From Podarcis pityusensis (lineage: Eukaryota), in the NCBI GenBank assembly GCA_964106645.2, contig CAXKZF020000004.1: a DNA stretch of 64,000 bases. One strand, 5' to 3'. A program made the translations under genes and the position numbers. Shown here one piece after another: positions 48,858 to 62,353 of this stretch. The stretch's first letter is position 1; each line of letters begins with the position of its first letter. The notes below the pieces were generated by a model, which worked only from the letters and a program-made list of their open reading frames with translations, was not told where the DNA came from and did no database searches.

Positions 48858-49403
48858 TAAAAAAAGTCTTTATAGGCAAGTCTGGAATGTATTTAGGGGC
48901 GTGCTTGAAGAGCACTCTGCTCCATGCTCCTTTCACAGCTCTGAGCTTCAAAGAAGCAATCTTCACTCTGGGACCCAACTCAACTTTTTCTGATCCTGCA
49001 GCACAAACACCGTCGTTGGTTGCGATTTTATTCAGATTTAGAGGATTATTGCCGCATCCCCCCCAAAAGTGCTCCAAACACCACAAGCCCTGTTTCTGTT
49101 GCCTTTTAATAGCTGCATCAACGCAGGCATTGCTGCCGTGTAATTGGTGTTTGCTGATGCAAAGTGGAGGAGCAAAACTGCCGCTGTTGTCCGAATTAAC
49201 AACTTCCTGTATTGCCTTGTTTGAAACGTAAAGGCAACTGATGCCAAGCAACGTTGACTTTCCCCAATGCAGTGCTGAGCCGTGAGTAGCATGCAGCTAA
49301 CCTTGGCTTACGGCATCTTTCATCGTATGCCACACCTCCATAAGGCCAGTGCTGGGTGAGCAGATGCTTCCACTGAACGGTGACTAGCTCAACCACTTAC
49401 AAG

Positions 49404-49535
49404 AGGGATGGCCAAACTTGGCCCTCCTGATGTTTTGGGACTATAATTCCCATCATCCCTGACCCCTGGTCCTGTTAGCTAGGGATGATGGGGTTGTAGT
49501 CCCCGAAACAGCTGGAGGGCCAAGTTTGGCCAACA
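49404..49535. mobile_element. Palindromic hAT-type MITE (family C)
   Basis: Colinear with 48002-48137. Confidence 0.75.
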
Positions 49536-49745
49536 CTGACATACGAGGTATTATGATAAAACACTCTGGGGGATGTTGCCAATGCCTTGGAGATCCAAAG
49601 ATCCTGGTTATAATTAAATAATTCAACCTTAGTTCTGTACTCATCTCCAAGCCTCCCCAAAGCATTCTGCTGCAATAATGGAACGGTGATAACTCACATG
49701 CCACATTAAACCATTGCCCTCCCTTGCTCCTACCATGCTATAGAC

Positions 49746-50003
49746 CAGGGGTCAGGAAACGTTTTCAGCAGGGGGCCGGTCCACTGTTCCTCAGACCTTG
49801 GGGGGGGGGGCTGGACTATATTTGGCGGGGGTGGGGGGAATGAATGAATTCCTATGCCCCACAAATAACCCAGAGATGCATTTTAAATAAAAGGACACAT
49901 TCTACTCATGTAAAAACACGCTGATTCCCGGACCGTCCATGGGCTGGATTTAGGAAGCGATTGGGCCAGATCCGGCCCCTGGGCCTTGGTTTGTCTACCC
50001 ATG
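49746..50003. mobile_element. hAT-type MITE (family A)
   Basis: CAGGGGTCAGGAAAC...GTTTGTCTACCCATG with TSD ctatagac/ttatagac. Confidence 0.85.
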
Positions 50004-51049
50004 TTATAGACAAACCAAGCTGGGGTTTGGCTTGTTATGTTATGTGATCCTGGGCTCAAGGGATAAGCCCCAAATGAATCTCAGCTGCTGCATGTGGTTG
50101 GTGTGGAGGAAAGAAAACCAAAAAGTCCAACGTCTCTGTGATTTACCTGTAGTGGAGCTGGCGGGAGCAGGGGAGGAGCACTCTGGGAACTTTTGAGCAG
50201 CTTGCACCAACATCCTGCTCATTCACATTACTTATCAAAATTTATACTGCTTTATTGTAAAGAAGCCTCCAAACAGTTTACAAAAAAAGCACACAATAAT
50301 AAATACATTAAACCACAGTTCAAGTTATGGTTAGTGAGACTTGTGAACCAGGGTGATATCGGAAACTCAAGCATGGCATTCATCAATCATTTGATACTGC
50401 TAGACATACCCAGGCTGGAGTTAAGATTTCCGCAGAGGGGAAAAATATGCAAGGACGTTTCATATCTTCTTCTGTAATTTATAATGGGGAGGCAGCCACA
50501 GTTGTCTGGCAAAGCACATGTTTTGCACACAGAGTTCCTGTTTCAGTCTCTGGCACCTCCAGATAAAGCATCAGAGACTTCTTCCCAAGATACTACAGTG
50601 AAACCACCACTTGGGCTGACTGATCTATGTGTATTATATAAGTTCCCGGCCCTTCCTCTTTCCAGTCACAAAGAACTTCAGACGTATCTTTAGGTATCGT
50701 ATTTAGCTATATTCCTTTACTTGGGAGTCTGCTTTCAAATTTGCTGTTGATCCTGAACTATGATTGGGAACCAGATCTCTGAACATGCAAACTGGCTGAA
50801 GAGGAGGTGCCTGTTCCTTAACCATTTCATCTGTAGCCAACCACAGCTTTTGGGGTTAAAGGGTTGGGCTCCTGAGTTACAACTCATACCTTAAATGGCT
50901 CAGCTTTACATTTTAACCAACTGGGGCTGCATGGCTTTGTGCACAATATATATATATTAGGGCCCCATAACATTTTCCTTCCCTCCATTAACTAGGTTAA
51001 TTATTAGAGCGTTAATCTTGAGGCACTATGTATCTCAGTACATGATATG

Positions 51050-51210
51050 AAAGGACGACAGAGGACGAGATGGTTGGACAGTGTTCTCGAAGCTACGAAC
51101 ATGAATTTGACCAAGCTGCGGGAGGCAGTGGAAGACAGGAGTGCCTGGCGTGCTCTGGTCCATGGGGTCACGAAGAGTTGGACACGACTAAACGACTCAA
51201 CAACAACAAA
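51050..51210 (+). mobile_element. Bov-B 3' end
   Basis: [42 protein letters not shown] followed by a (CAA)n tail. Confidence 0.88.
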
Positions 51211-52573
51211 TTTTAGTTTTACAGACAGGGAAAGGATTAAGACTAGTTCTGGATGTCCTGGGAGGAGATAATACTGTGTTTTCGACAGTGAAAAGCCCTT
51301 TTTTCAAGGATTCCAGCCAATCGTCTGGGGTCACTAATTCTATGCCATTCTACGCCATCGTGTTTTATTGCTAGCAGATCCTCACATTCTTAAAATGTTT
51401 GCTTTCCTGAGAGAGGAAGGAAAGAAACTAAAGATTATATCAAGACGAAGCCTGGTTTATTTTGCTTTCTCATTCGAAAGGTGCGTGACTCCAGGGGACG
51501 CTTTCTCTGTTTTGAAAAATCAAGTTTTGATTTCACCACTCAAAATCATGAATTAAAACCAGCGCCCGGTGGTAGGTTACAAGATTATGTCTTCAGAAAC
51601 AGTCCCTTGAAGCAGCCAGCTACCACCAGCTCCTCCAATATGCCTGTCAGCTCAACTATCCCCCACCACAAAGGAAATTCCAGATCGCTTATGATATCTT
51701 AACAACGGACTTGCTGAATCAGATCTAGGGACCGCTCAGTCCCTAAGCATTCTGCTTTCAACCACGGCCTGGCCAATGGCTGCTGGAAAAACACAAGCTG
51801 GGCACCATGCCCCTATCCCCTGCTTGCCTCCAGTGCCTGATATTCAAAGTTACTTGGTCCCTGAACTCTTGTCCCCCATTTAGTTAAAAAGGCTAACAGT
51901 GGCTGATACAACCTTGGCCTACCCCATCAAATGCGCTTGACAACCATGGATTTAAGGCGCTTGTTAGTTCTTCAATCCTGTTGAGAAGAGGAGTTAGTTG
52001 TCTGACTTTTCTGCTTTTAAAAGAGGGATGGGATGCCTGTGGTCTTCCATAGGTTGTTGGACTTCCGATGTCCATCAGCCTCAAACAATATGGCAAGTAC
52101 TCAGGAATCATGCGCGCTGTAGTCAAGCAATATCTGGAGGGCCCCAGGTTCCCCATACCTGTTTTAAAAGATGTTGCATCTAGTTTCCTATGGCCAAAGT
52201 TCCAGGGTTTTTTTTTAATACACTCAAGCACATTTCTATGCTTTTAGGCAGCAAGAAACGAAGAACTAACCATTCTGTCCATGGAGAACAGTACTATAAG
52301 TACCACAACAATATCATCAGGCAAGTGATCTACACGACCTGGATAAGAGATGGGGTTGCACAATCAGCTGGCATCAATATTCCCCCTCCCCATCCCATGA
52401 TGCTATCCATCGTTGGCAGGGGAAGTATTTTATGAAGAAATACTCCTTTTGCAATGCCAGCTGCATGCTTTGTCCCTTGCTCGTTCCGTGCAAAGAGGAA
52501 ATGGTGGTGGCCGATACTTGTGTTTAAATTATTGCATGCATACACTAAGGAAATATATTACATTTATCTACAC

Positions 52574-52778
52574 CAGGGGTGAGCAAACTTTTTCAGCCGG
52601 GGGCCGGTCCACTGTCCCTCAGACCTTGTGGGGGCCTGGACTATATTTTGGAAAAAAATAAAAATGAACGAATTCCTATGCCCCACAAATAACCCAGAAA
52701 TGCATTTTAAATAAAAGCACACATTCTACTCATGTAAAAACACGCTGATTCCGTGGGTCGGATTTAGAAGGCGATTGG
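52574..52778. mobile_element. hAT-type MITE (family A), truncated at its right end
   Basis: CAGGGGTGAGCAAACTTTTTCAGC..., colinear with the 5639 and 49746 copies. Confidence 0.8.
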
Positions 52779-52812
52779 CTAGACCTTGACTTCATTTGTT
52801 TTGTTGTATATA

Positions 52813-53071
52813 CCGTATTTTTTGCTCTATAAAACTCACTTTTCCCCTCCTAAAAAGTAAGGGGAAATGTGTGTGCGTCTTATGGAGCGAATGCAGGCTG
52901 TGCAGCTATCCCAGAAGCCAGAACAGCAAGAGGGATTGTTGCTTTCACTGCACAGTGATCCCTCTTGTTGTTCTGGCTTCTGAGATTTAGAATATTTTTT
53001 TTCTTGTTTTCCTCCTCCAAAAACTAGGTGCGTCTTGTGGTCTGGTGCCTCTTATAGAGCGAAAAATACGG
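52813..53071. mobile_element. Tc1/mariner-superfamily MITE with CCGTA termini (Tc2-like)
   Basis: TA|CCGTATTTTTTGCTCTATAA...TTATAGAGCGAAAAATACGG|TA. Confidence 0.82.
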
Positions 53072-53281
53072 TAATCACTGGTCCTCTAGGATTGGTTTCC
53101 CCAACTTGTCTAACACCACCACAACTCCCTCCCCCCCAAATCAGGCTAAGAAACAAGAAAAACCGAAAGTGGACTTGTGTGAGCTCAGTTCTCATACTGA
53201 AAACAAATCTATAGGCTCAGAAGCATCCTGTTCTTTAATTTTAACTGTATTTGCTCTGGCTGGTAATAATAATGGTAATTA

Positions 53282-53320
<39 letters not shown>
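53282..53320. repeat. (ATT)n microsatellite (L2 tail remnant)
   Basis: Seen directly; followed by the L2 3'-end motif ccgcccatctggctgg. Confidence 0.85.
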
Positions 53321-53322
<2 letters not shown>

Positions 53323-54276
53323 AATTCCATTATTTATACGCCGCCCATCTGGCTGGTAGATCTTGGGGTTTGGGTGGGGGGAGGTAGATCCGATAAGCCT
53401 GAAGTCTGCCCATTCTGACATAAGGGACCTGGACTGAGGCTCTCGACTTGTTTTATAAATGCATATCCAACCTTTGAATAAATATATCCCTTAAACCCCC
53501 ACGCACCCACTCTATTGTGCAAAAATGCTGAATGAAGTGACTGCACATACAACACCACTAAAAAACATGGATGTAGTTGCAGCAGCAACAAAGCAGAGTT
53601 AAGCCATAAATGTTTTTGTTATGTCAGGATGACGAAACACCAAAGCAGTATGGTGATGGTCCTGTTGTTATGCAACTGGCTTTTTAAGGTGTGTGTTTTT
53701 TTTACTAAGCGTGGCAAATGGTGAGTGTGGGCATTCCTGCACCGATTTTCAACTCTGCAAAAAGCATGCAGTCAGAAATGCTGCAGCGCACACACGGCTG
53801 ACCCAGTTTCGAAACAGCAGTTTATGTGCAATAAGTGCTTCGTGGAGTCTGCAGCATCTGCAGAGCTCCAAGAGTAGTAGCTGTGGTATATTCACAGCTG
53901 ACTTCAGGGTTTCTGAAAGAGCTACTTCCTGACTCATAGGCTGGGCGAAATAAGTACTGATGCCAGAACGTGGAAAAGCTCCAAAATCTGCTTTTGCAAC
54001 CTATATGCAGCTTAAGCAGGTATCCTTTAACTTTTGATACTTAGTCATTTCTCTCAGTTAGAACATACTCTTACAGTGTTAAAGCCTGTACTAAGAATGC
54101 TGCAGGAGCTTCCCCTATAGCTCTATAGTTCATTTTTCAAGTCTGTAGCAGTTTTAAATTAGATCTGGTTCCAACAGAGTTTACCAACTATGCTTTGCTT
54201 CTTGAAGGCATTGAGTTGGGTCGTCCGTACCCTTTCCAAATGCTATGCATAGTGCCGTGCTAATACTACTACTACT

Positions 54277-54622
54277 AAGGTAAAGGGACCCCTGACCATT
54301 AGGTCCAGTTGTGGCTGGCTCTGGGGTTGCGGTGCTCATCTCGCTTTATTGGCCAAGGGAGCTGGCGTACAGCTTCCGGGTCATGTGGCCAGCATGACTA
54401 AGCTGCTTCTGGAGAACCAGAGCAGTGCACAGAAGCGCCGTTTACCTTCCCGCCGTAGCAGTATTTATTTACTTGCACTTTGACGTGCTTTCGAACTGCC
54501 AGGTTGGCAGGAGCAGGGACCGAGCAACGGGAGCTCACCCCGTCGTGGGGATTCGAACCGCCGACCTTCTGATAAGCAAGTCCTAGCCTCTGTGGTTTAA
54601 CCCACAGTGCCACCCACGTCCC
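54277..54622 (-). mobile_element. Sauria SINE inserted in a (TAC)n tract
   Basis: Full-length copy flanked by tactactac repeats. Confidence 0.9.
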
Positions 54623-54654
54623 TTTACTACTACTACTACTACTACTACTACTAA

Positions 54655-55000
54655 AAATAAATGATAATTATTATTATTTATATACTGCCCATCTGCCTGG
54701 GTTGCCCCAGCCACTCTGGGGGGCTTCCAAGAAAGTCAAACATCAAATATAGTACAGCAAAAACATTAAAAACTTCCCTATACAGGACTGCCTTCAGATG
54801 TCTTCTGAAGTCAAACAATTATTTCCTTGACATTTGATGGGAGGGTGTTCCACAGGGCGGGTGCCACTACTGATAAGGCCCTCTGCCTGGTTCCTTGTAA
54901 CCTCGCTTCTCATAGTGTGGGAACCACCAGAAGGCCCTTGGAGCTAGACCTCAGTGTCCGGGCTGAACGATGGGGGTGGAGAGGCTCCTTCAGGTATATG
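54655..55000 (-). mobile_element. L2 LINE 3' fragment
   Basis: Reverse complement of 62025-62360. Confidence 0.85.
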
Positions 55001-55698
55001 GGGCATAGTAAACCAGAGGAAAGAGAAGTTTGACTTCAAATTGCGCATGCAGATGATTCAGAAGCAACGTGGTGAACAGCTAAAGCTATATGGGAGAACT
55101 GGGAATTTTAAACTGTACAAATGTCACCATCGAGGAAACAACCTGACCAAAGTTTCACCCACACACTTTTGCTGGCACAACCTTCAGCCCTATCTGGTGA
55201 CCAGCAGGGCATAGGAGGAATTCTGGAGACCAAAGGCCTACCTCTGGTCAGCATCTTGTTCTCAAGAGTGGCCAACCAGGTGCCTACAGGAAACCTGCAA
55301 GCAGGAACACAACTGTGCCCTCCCGTCTTCTGAATCTCCGCCATTCCGTGTTCAGAGGCATGCTGCCTCCCAATATGTTTCGTCATAGATGTTATTCTCA
55401 TCAGGACCAGAGTATGGAGGGAAATTTGCCCCTTTCTTCCACAGCTGTGATCGTGGATCCCACCCACCCCTGAACACCACAAAAGTCCCCACTTAACACA
55501 AATGGTGGCCCATTAATGTCTTCTGCACCAAGCAGTCACCAGGGCTCTCAAACCATGGAACTGCCTTCCATACGGAAAATCCGTATACAATTTGCGTTTA
55601 CAGTGATCTAGCCAGTATCTTACTCAAAAACCTTCTTGCTGACTAAAACAAGGCAAGGTTTAAAATTCATGCTTCGTGCATGAAATACACACACACAC

Positions 55699-56260
55699 AC
55701 AGTGTCCTTCAGCTCTCTATATTGGACAAACAGGCCAAACCTTACGCCAAAGAATAAATGGACATAAATCTGACATCAAGAATCACAAAACAGAGAAACC
55801 AGTAGGAGAACACTTCAATCTCCCAGGACATTCTATACAAGATCTCAAAGTAGCTGTTTTACTACAAAGGAATTTCAGAAATAGACTGGAAAGAGAAGCT
55901 GCTGAATTGCAACTCATTACCAAACTTAAAACCATGGAGAGACCTGGTTTGAACAAAGACATTGGATTCTTATCCCATTATACATGACTAAGCCATTTCT
56001 CACCTTCTCACCCCTTGCCTTTTCCTGTAAGACCTATTACAGTCGTTAAGAGTCGTCAGCAGGCTCATCTCAGCTATCTGCCAATCTCCCATTCCCACCA
56101 CCCTTCTGAGTAATACCCCTCCCCACCTTCTCACTATATAGAAGGATCTGGCAACTTCTGTTTCAGTGTATCTGAAGAAGTGTGCTTGCACACGAAAGCT
56201 CATACCAAGAACTAACTTAGTTGGTCTTAAAGGTGCTACTGGAAGGATTTTTTTTATTTT

Positions 56261-56261
<1 letters not shown>
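55699..56261 (+). mobile_element. Penelope-like element 3' fragment (GIY-YIG endonuclease and pLTR region)
   Basis: ORF QCPSALYIGQTGQTLRQRINGHKSDI...VGEHFNLPGHS...EREAAELQLI...GLN shows the YIG, R, H, E and N residues of PLE endonucleases; flanked by (CA)n. Confidence 0.9.
56168..56205 (+). ncRNA. Minimal type I hammerhead ribozyme motif of the Penelope element
   Basis: GTAT-CTGAAGA-A-GTGTG(CTTG)CACAC-GAAA-GC-TC^ATAC: catalytic core, stem II, stem I and palindromic AGCT stem III are all present. Confidence 0.72.

Positions 56262-56296
<35 letters not shown>
56262..56296. repeat. (CA)n microsatellite
   Basis: Seen directly; a shorter (CA)n lies at 55686-55701. Confidence 0.95.
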
Positions 56297-56298
<2 letters not shown>

Positions 56299-57163
56299 TT
56301 GCCATAAGAATAGCTTGGCACCACAAACAACTCCAGCGTTTGAAATCCAGTGCCGAGACCTAATGGTGCAAACTTCTTTTGTCTATGTGGGAGGGAGCTG
56401 TTGACACCATTTCCCAATATTTCCCCCCTTTTCTCATGGATAAAATACTGTCTTTGGCACCCATCTAGTTATTAATCCCTAATCCCAAGCACATTTTCCT
56501 AAAAAAAACTTGAGTCATTTCCTTTCTGCTTCCTGTTGCATCCTGTCTGTAGCCTCTCCATCAGATAAGCCATTGGCAAAGCACAGACGGAGAATGAAAG
56601 AAGGTATAGAGGGCATGAGAAAAGGGCAGCTAGGAAACTAACTGGCACCCCTGGAAGACAAGGGGCCTCAGCAGTAGGGAGAGACAGGATACATTAATGT
56701 CTTAGAAAACATTGGCTGCACATGTGTTTTTTTCATGAGCTTAAAGACTGAGCTGGCATAGATTTATCTACTGTTTGCAAAGCACAGACGTCCAACGCTA
56801 GCAATATGCATCACACCTCATAACATCTAGTCATCTGCAGATCTGCTTTGGGAACGCAGGCTGCTCTGAGTTTTAGACTTTATAAGCACAGGTAGCTGTG
56901 TCACTACAAGAGTCGCCATGCAAAATCCATCTTCTTGAAAACTGAAGATTCACCATTTGATCTTGTCCTAGGCATTTTCTTTTACTCCCCAGAGTTCTAC
57001 GTTTTGCTGATTTTTTTTCTCAATAGCTGGGTGCAGGGAGCTAAGTGAGATTAAGCCTTGTGGCAAGAAATGGAGGCCTAGCTGCATTCCCCCCCCCCCT
57101 TTTATCACAAGAGTAAACACAGCTCTGGCCAGGATTCTCATTTATTCTCAGCTGCAGCACATA

Positions 57164-57570
57164 TAGAATCATTGAACTGTAGAGTGGGAAGGGACCTTGA
57201 GGGTCCTGTCAAAGCCCCTGCAATGCAGGAATCTCAATGAAAGAATCCATGACAGGTGGCCATCCAACCTCTGCCCAAAAACCTCCAGTGAAGAAGTGTC
57301 CACAATCTTCCAAGAGAGAGCGGCTGTTCCACTGTCAAACGGCTCTTACTGTCAAAGTTCTTCCTGATGTTTAGTTGGAATCTCCTTCCTCGTAACTTGA
57401 AACCATTGGTTTGGGTCCTAGCCTCCGGATCAGGAGAAAGCAAGCTTGCTCCATCTTCCATGTGACAGCCCTCTAGATATTTGAATCTCTTCTTTTCCAG
57501 GCTAAACATACCCAACTCCTCCAACTAAGCTCCCCCAGGCTTGGTTTCCATACCCTTGATCATCTTTGCC
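57164..57570 (-). mobile_element. CR1 LINE 3' fragment
   Basis: ORF ELGMFSLEKKRF...NGFKLRGRRFQLNIRKNF is a typical CR1 ORF2 C-terminus. Confidence 0.85.
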
Positions 57571-59740
57571 AGACTACGTCCATAACTACTAGTAGCATAG
57601 GAGTATCCCTGCAAGGTTAGTAGTCCTCTTCAGGTATTTTCAAGAGAACAGAGAACTCCCCAGAGTTGTGGGTTTCTTCTAACAACCCCACATGGTTACA
57701 GAGAAGACTTGCATACCTTTGGAGGCTCCCTACGTGAGTGGGAACCCGGATCTCCAGGCGATAACACCTGAAGGGTGTTAGCCTCATGTTGGAAACCAAT
57801 TTACACATGAAAATGTCTCTCTGCTTTGTAACTACCAAGCAAGCTCCTAGATCTTCACCAACAGCCTTGGGTGGTAAAATCCGAAGCTGGAAAGCAGATA
57901 CTGGTTAGTGGGTTGTTAACATGCACAGTATACTTTCCCAGGGTGAACCATGCTAAGGTTACAACTGCTTACTAGCAATTCTTGCGCTCCCTTCTCAGGT
58001 GAGGAAGAGGAACCCAGGAAAATCATGCATCCCAGGTAGGACAAAGAACTCTTTTCCCACGCTGAGTGGTCAGGCAGTTTAATCAACTCCGTTTTCATCC
58101 TGAGGAAGTGCTGTACACACAGCATGCATTCCTTGTGGACGTTCACATGGCCGGGAGCTCAATGTTTATCATGGCTAGCTTATATTTTTAGCCACAGCTA
58201 GCCCTTTAATCTCCTGACGTAGAATCTCACATGGCAGCAAATGCTGATGGTAGATATATCAGGTTTTCCTCTGAGCAGCTCGGCAGCTATTTATGCAGCC
58301 GTAAGCTAGCTAATCATCAAGCCCTCTGCTAACATCTTAAAACATGCAAAGGTTGTGGCATCTTCATTATTGAAAGAGGATGAACCAGCAACTTAATTCA
58401 AGTTGCAGTAGGCAGCTTCAGTATTTTTATCCCGTAGTTTCAAGGTAACGGACCAAATCACACCTACCTCTTGTGAAGAAGGGACAGTGCCTGCTTGCAC
58501 AGAAACTGATAAAAGAGCTGTACAACACTGAAGCTTAAAGTCCCCATGCTAACATGGGTTGCTCAAAAGGGAGTGCCTTCATCCCTTTTGTATCTCATTT
58601 TAATAGCCAGCATGAAACCTATTGGATCTGTTTCTAGAACTGGCCAGCCTGATGTCTCCAGGAAGTCTATAAACAGTGTATAAAAGCAATGGATCTCACC
58701 AACTCTTCCCCGCACCCCCTAGGTATTCAGAGACGCACTGCATCTAAACATGAATGCTTCAATCACAATCATTTCACTATTAGCCATGGTAATAACTATC
58801 TATGTACCAAGCCAGTCAAAGTTAATCAGCTGTGTTGAAGTACAATAATTCATTCACCACCCAGCTCAATTTCAGAGCAGCTTGCGAGAAAGAAAAAAAG
58901 CAACTCAATTGTTAACGAAACCAGAATAAAAGTAACAGAAAGAATTATATTGAAACTTACTAACAGCAACAAAATCACAATATGTCTCATTGAATTAAAA
59001 GACGACTTTTCCAGGTGCCTGGAGGACAGCAGGGCAGGCACCAGGCAGGCCGCCTTAGGGAAGGGATTCCTTGACTAGGTTGTCACATCCGAAAAAGCTC
59101 TGCCTCTCACTGACAGCCACCTTATCTCAGATGAGGCAGGAGGGCTTCAGCAGATTTTTTTAACTGTTGGGCAAGCTGATATGAAAGTAATTCATTAATC
59201 CAAACACAGAATGGATCACTAATGTGAAAATCGTTGTATTTTAAGCATTGGCCGGCCTTCATCTCCATCACTGAGCCAGCCTCATCAAGGAGGAAAACTC
59301 TGCTGTCTTTCCTGTTACGGTTTACCCCGTTCCAGTTGTGTCAGGTAAAAACAGCCCTAATCACTAGCTGTGTAATGTTGCACCCGGTGCTGCTGTGTCC
59401 ATCTCATGCAACAGACTTCCACTTGCACAACAGAGCTCCATCCCACAACTGTAGCACACACACACCCCAGCACAGACTCAAAATCTGTTCCAGAGGGTTG
59501 AGGGACCCCACGATGCAGGTTTTTGGGGTGCACAGAGATGAGGGGAAGGGGGAGTCCTGTTGAGCAGGTGGAACACCATTTGTTGTTTAGTGAGCTGTCA
59601 AAAAGTTAAACTGAGGCAGTGAGTGCGAGTTCCTGACTTCATAGAGCAGTGGCTTCAAGCTTTCTGCCCTCAACGATCCCTTACACAAGATGCAAGAGAA
59701 AAATTGAGAGTAAGGGGAAGGAGCTCAAGACCTGCTGAGG

Positions 59741-59782
<42 letters not shown>

Positions 59783-60310
59783 TATTATTTACACCCCGCC
59801 CATCTGGCTGGGTTTCCCAAGCCACTCTGGGAGGCTTCCAACAGAACACTAAAATACAGTAACCTATTAAACATCAAAAGCTTCCCTAAACAGGGCTGCC
59901 TTCAGATGTCTTCTAAAAGTTTGGTAGTTATTTTTCTCTTTGACATCTGGTGGGAGGGCGTTCCATAGGGTGGGTGCCACTACCGAGAAGGCCCTCTGCC
60001 TGGTTCCCTGTAACTTGGCTTCTCGTAGTGAGGGAACCGCTAGAAGGCCCTCGGCGCTGGACCTCAGTGTCCGGGCAGAACAATGGAGGTGGAGACACTC
60101 CTTCAGGTATACTGGACCAAGGCCGTTCAGGGCTTTAAAGGTCAGCACCAACACTTTGAATTGTGCTCGGAAACGTATTGGGAGTCAGTGTAGGTCTTTC
60201 AAGACCGGTGTTATGTGGTCTCGGCGGCCGCTCCCAGTCACCAGTCTAGCTGCCGCATTCTGGATTAGTTGTAGTTTCCGGGTCACCTTCAAAGGTAGCC
60301 CCACATAGAG
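59741..60310 (-). mobile_element. L2 LINE 3' fragment with (TTA)n tail
   Basis: [21 protein letters not shown]...[15 protein letters not shown]. Confidence 0.9.
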
Positions 60311-61487
60311 CAGGCTGGCCTGGAGGGAGAGGGATGCAGGCATCTACACACAATTCAAGAGGACCACGATAAGGATTAAATAACCGACACAGTCGAAAAA
60401 TACAGGTTCGGGAGAGGCAGCCCATTCCAGGTGTTCCAAGCATCAGTATGTAGGTGGCTCGTTTTAATATGCTGCCTAGAGCAAAATGCTTCTCTAGCAC
60501 TGCCAACAGCGAGTTCCAACACCAGGAGGAGTGCGGAGGAGAGCAAATCTGCAGGCAACATTTGCAAAGATTTGCAGCTGCAGTCAAACAGTGGCAATGA
60601 GAAAGTCGTCCAAAGCTGTTGAACAGAAGAAGCTGCCATTCACAGAGCTAGACTTGCTGGTGACGTGCTGCTATCTTTTCTGACGCGGGAGCCGAGGGCT
60701 CATGTAACAATGCAAAACAAGGGCATAAAAAGCTATTTTTAATAATACCAAAGTCTGTCTGCAAGGTTTCGCTCTTCAGAGCTTATGCGCCTGAACGTGA
60801 GAAAGCCCAAACTGGTGATTCTCCAACTGTGTTCAAGTGAGAGGAACAAAGTGAATGCACCAGGTCACATTCCTCCTCTTCTCCTGGGAAAAGTCATTAC
60901 ACAGGGCAACCCTGTTTTTAACCCAGAAATAAACAGAGCCTCAGATATCAGAAGGTGGAGAAGACCAGCCTACACACTTCCAGGTTCCAGGTTCCTTAGC
61001 CACTGCCAAGAAAGAGCTGTTTCGTTCAGACATTTTTCACACACTACTTTGGGTACAAGAAGAGAAATGGAAGGAAGCCTTTTTAAAAATTATGCAAATT
61101 TAAGAGTTCATGGGGGGGGGCAGGGATTCTTTTTAAGGTGCCCATTACCTAAGAAGCCTATTTTTCATCTTAGCAAGCCTGGCGAGGAAGACCATATTGC
61201 CTTATCCATCACCCTCTCATGCATTCCATTAGTGGCACTGCTTTACTGTGAGAAACAAATCCATCAAATTAGGGATGTCAAAAAGCCACGGCCAAAAGGG
61301 AAGCAGTAAAATTTAATCAAAAATAAGAGCCAGCTTCATCAGAATCCTGTGTAGCGTAATGCTGACGGGAAGGAAAGCTCTTCTTTGGAAAATGGCCCGT
61401 GTGCATGAGGACCCAGTGTCTGGATGCTGGCAAGTGGTCAGCCAAAACGTCAGAGATTCCTACACCATAACTCCTTACATTCCCCAG

Positions 61488-62353
61488 CCATCCTGGAGTG
61501 CCTGGAGGCGGTTGGAGGATGGATGGCAGCTAACAGATTGAGGTTGAATCCTGACAAGACAGAAGTACTGTTTTGGGGGGACAGGGGGCGGGCGAGTGTG
61601 GGGGATTCCCTTGTCCTGAATGGGGTAACTGTGCCCCTGAAGGACCAGGTGCGCAGCCTGGGAGTCATTTTGGACTCACAGCTGTCCATGGAGGTGCAGG
61701 TTAATTCTGTGTCCAGGGCAGCTGTCTACCAGCTCCACCTGGTATGCAGGCTGAGACCCTACCTGCCTGCGGACTGTCTTGCCAGAGTGGTGCATGCTCT
61801 AGTTATCTCCCACTTGGACTACTGTAATGCGCTCTATGTGGGGCTACCTTTGAAGGTGACCCGGAAACTGCAATTAATCCAGAATGCGGCAGCTAGACTG
61901 GTGACTGGCCGCCGGGACCACATAACACCGGTCCTGAGAGATCTACATTGGCTCCCAGTACGTTTCCGAGCACAATTCAAAGTGTTGGTGCTGACCTTTA
62001 AAGCCCTAAACGGCCTCGGTCCTGTATACCTGAAGGAGCGTCTCCACCCCCATCGTTCAGCCTGGACACTGAGATCCAGCGCCGAGGGCCTTCTGGCGGT
62101 TCCCTCATTGCGAGAAGTAAGGTTACAGGGAACCAGACAGAGGGCCTTCTCGGTAGTGGCGCCCGCCCTGTGGAACGCCCTTCCTTCAGATGTGAAGGAA
62201 ATAAGCAGCTATCTTCTCTTTAGAAGACATCTGAAGGCAGCCCTGTTTAGGGAAGCTTTTAATATTTGATGCTGTATTGTTTTTAACACTTGATTGGAAG
62301 CCGCCCAGAGTGGCTGGGGAGACTCAGCCAAATGGGCGGGGTATAAATAATAA

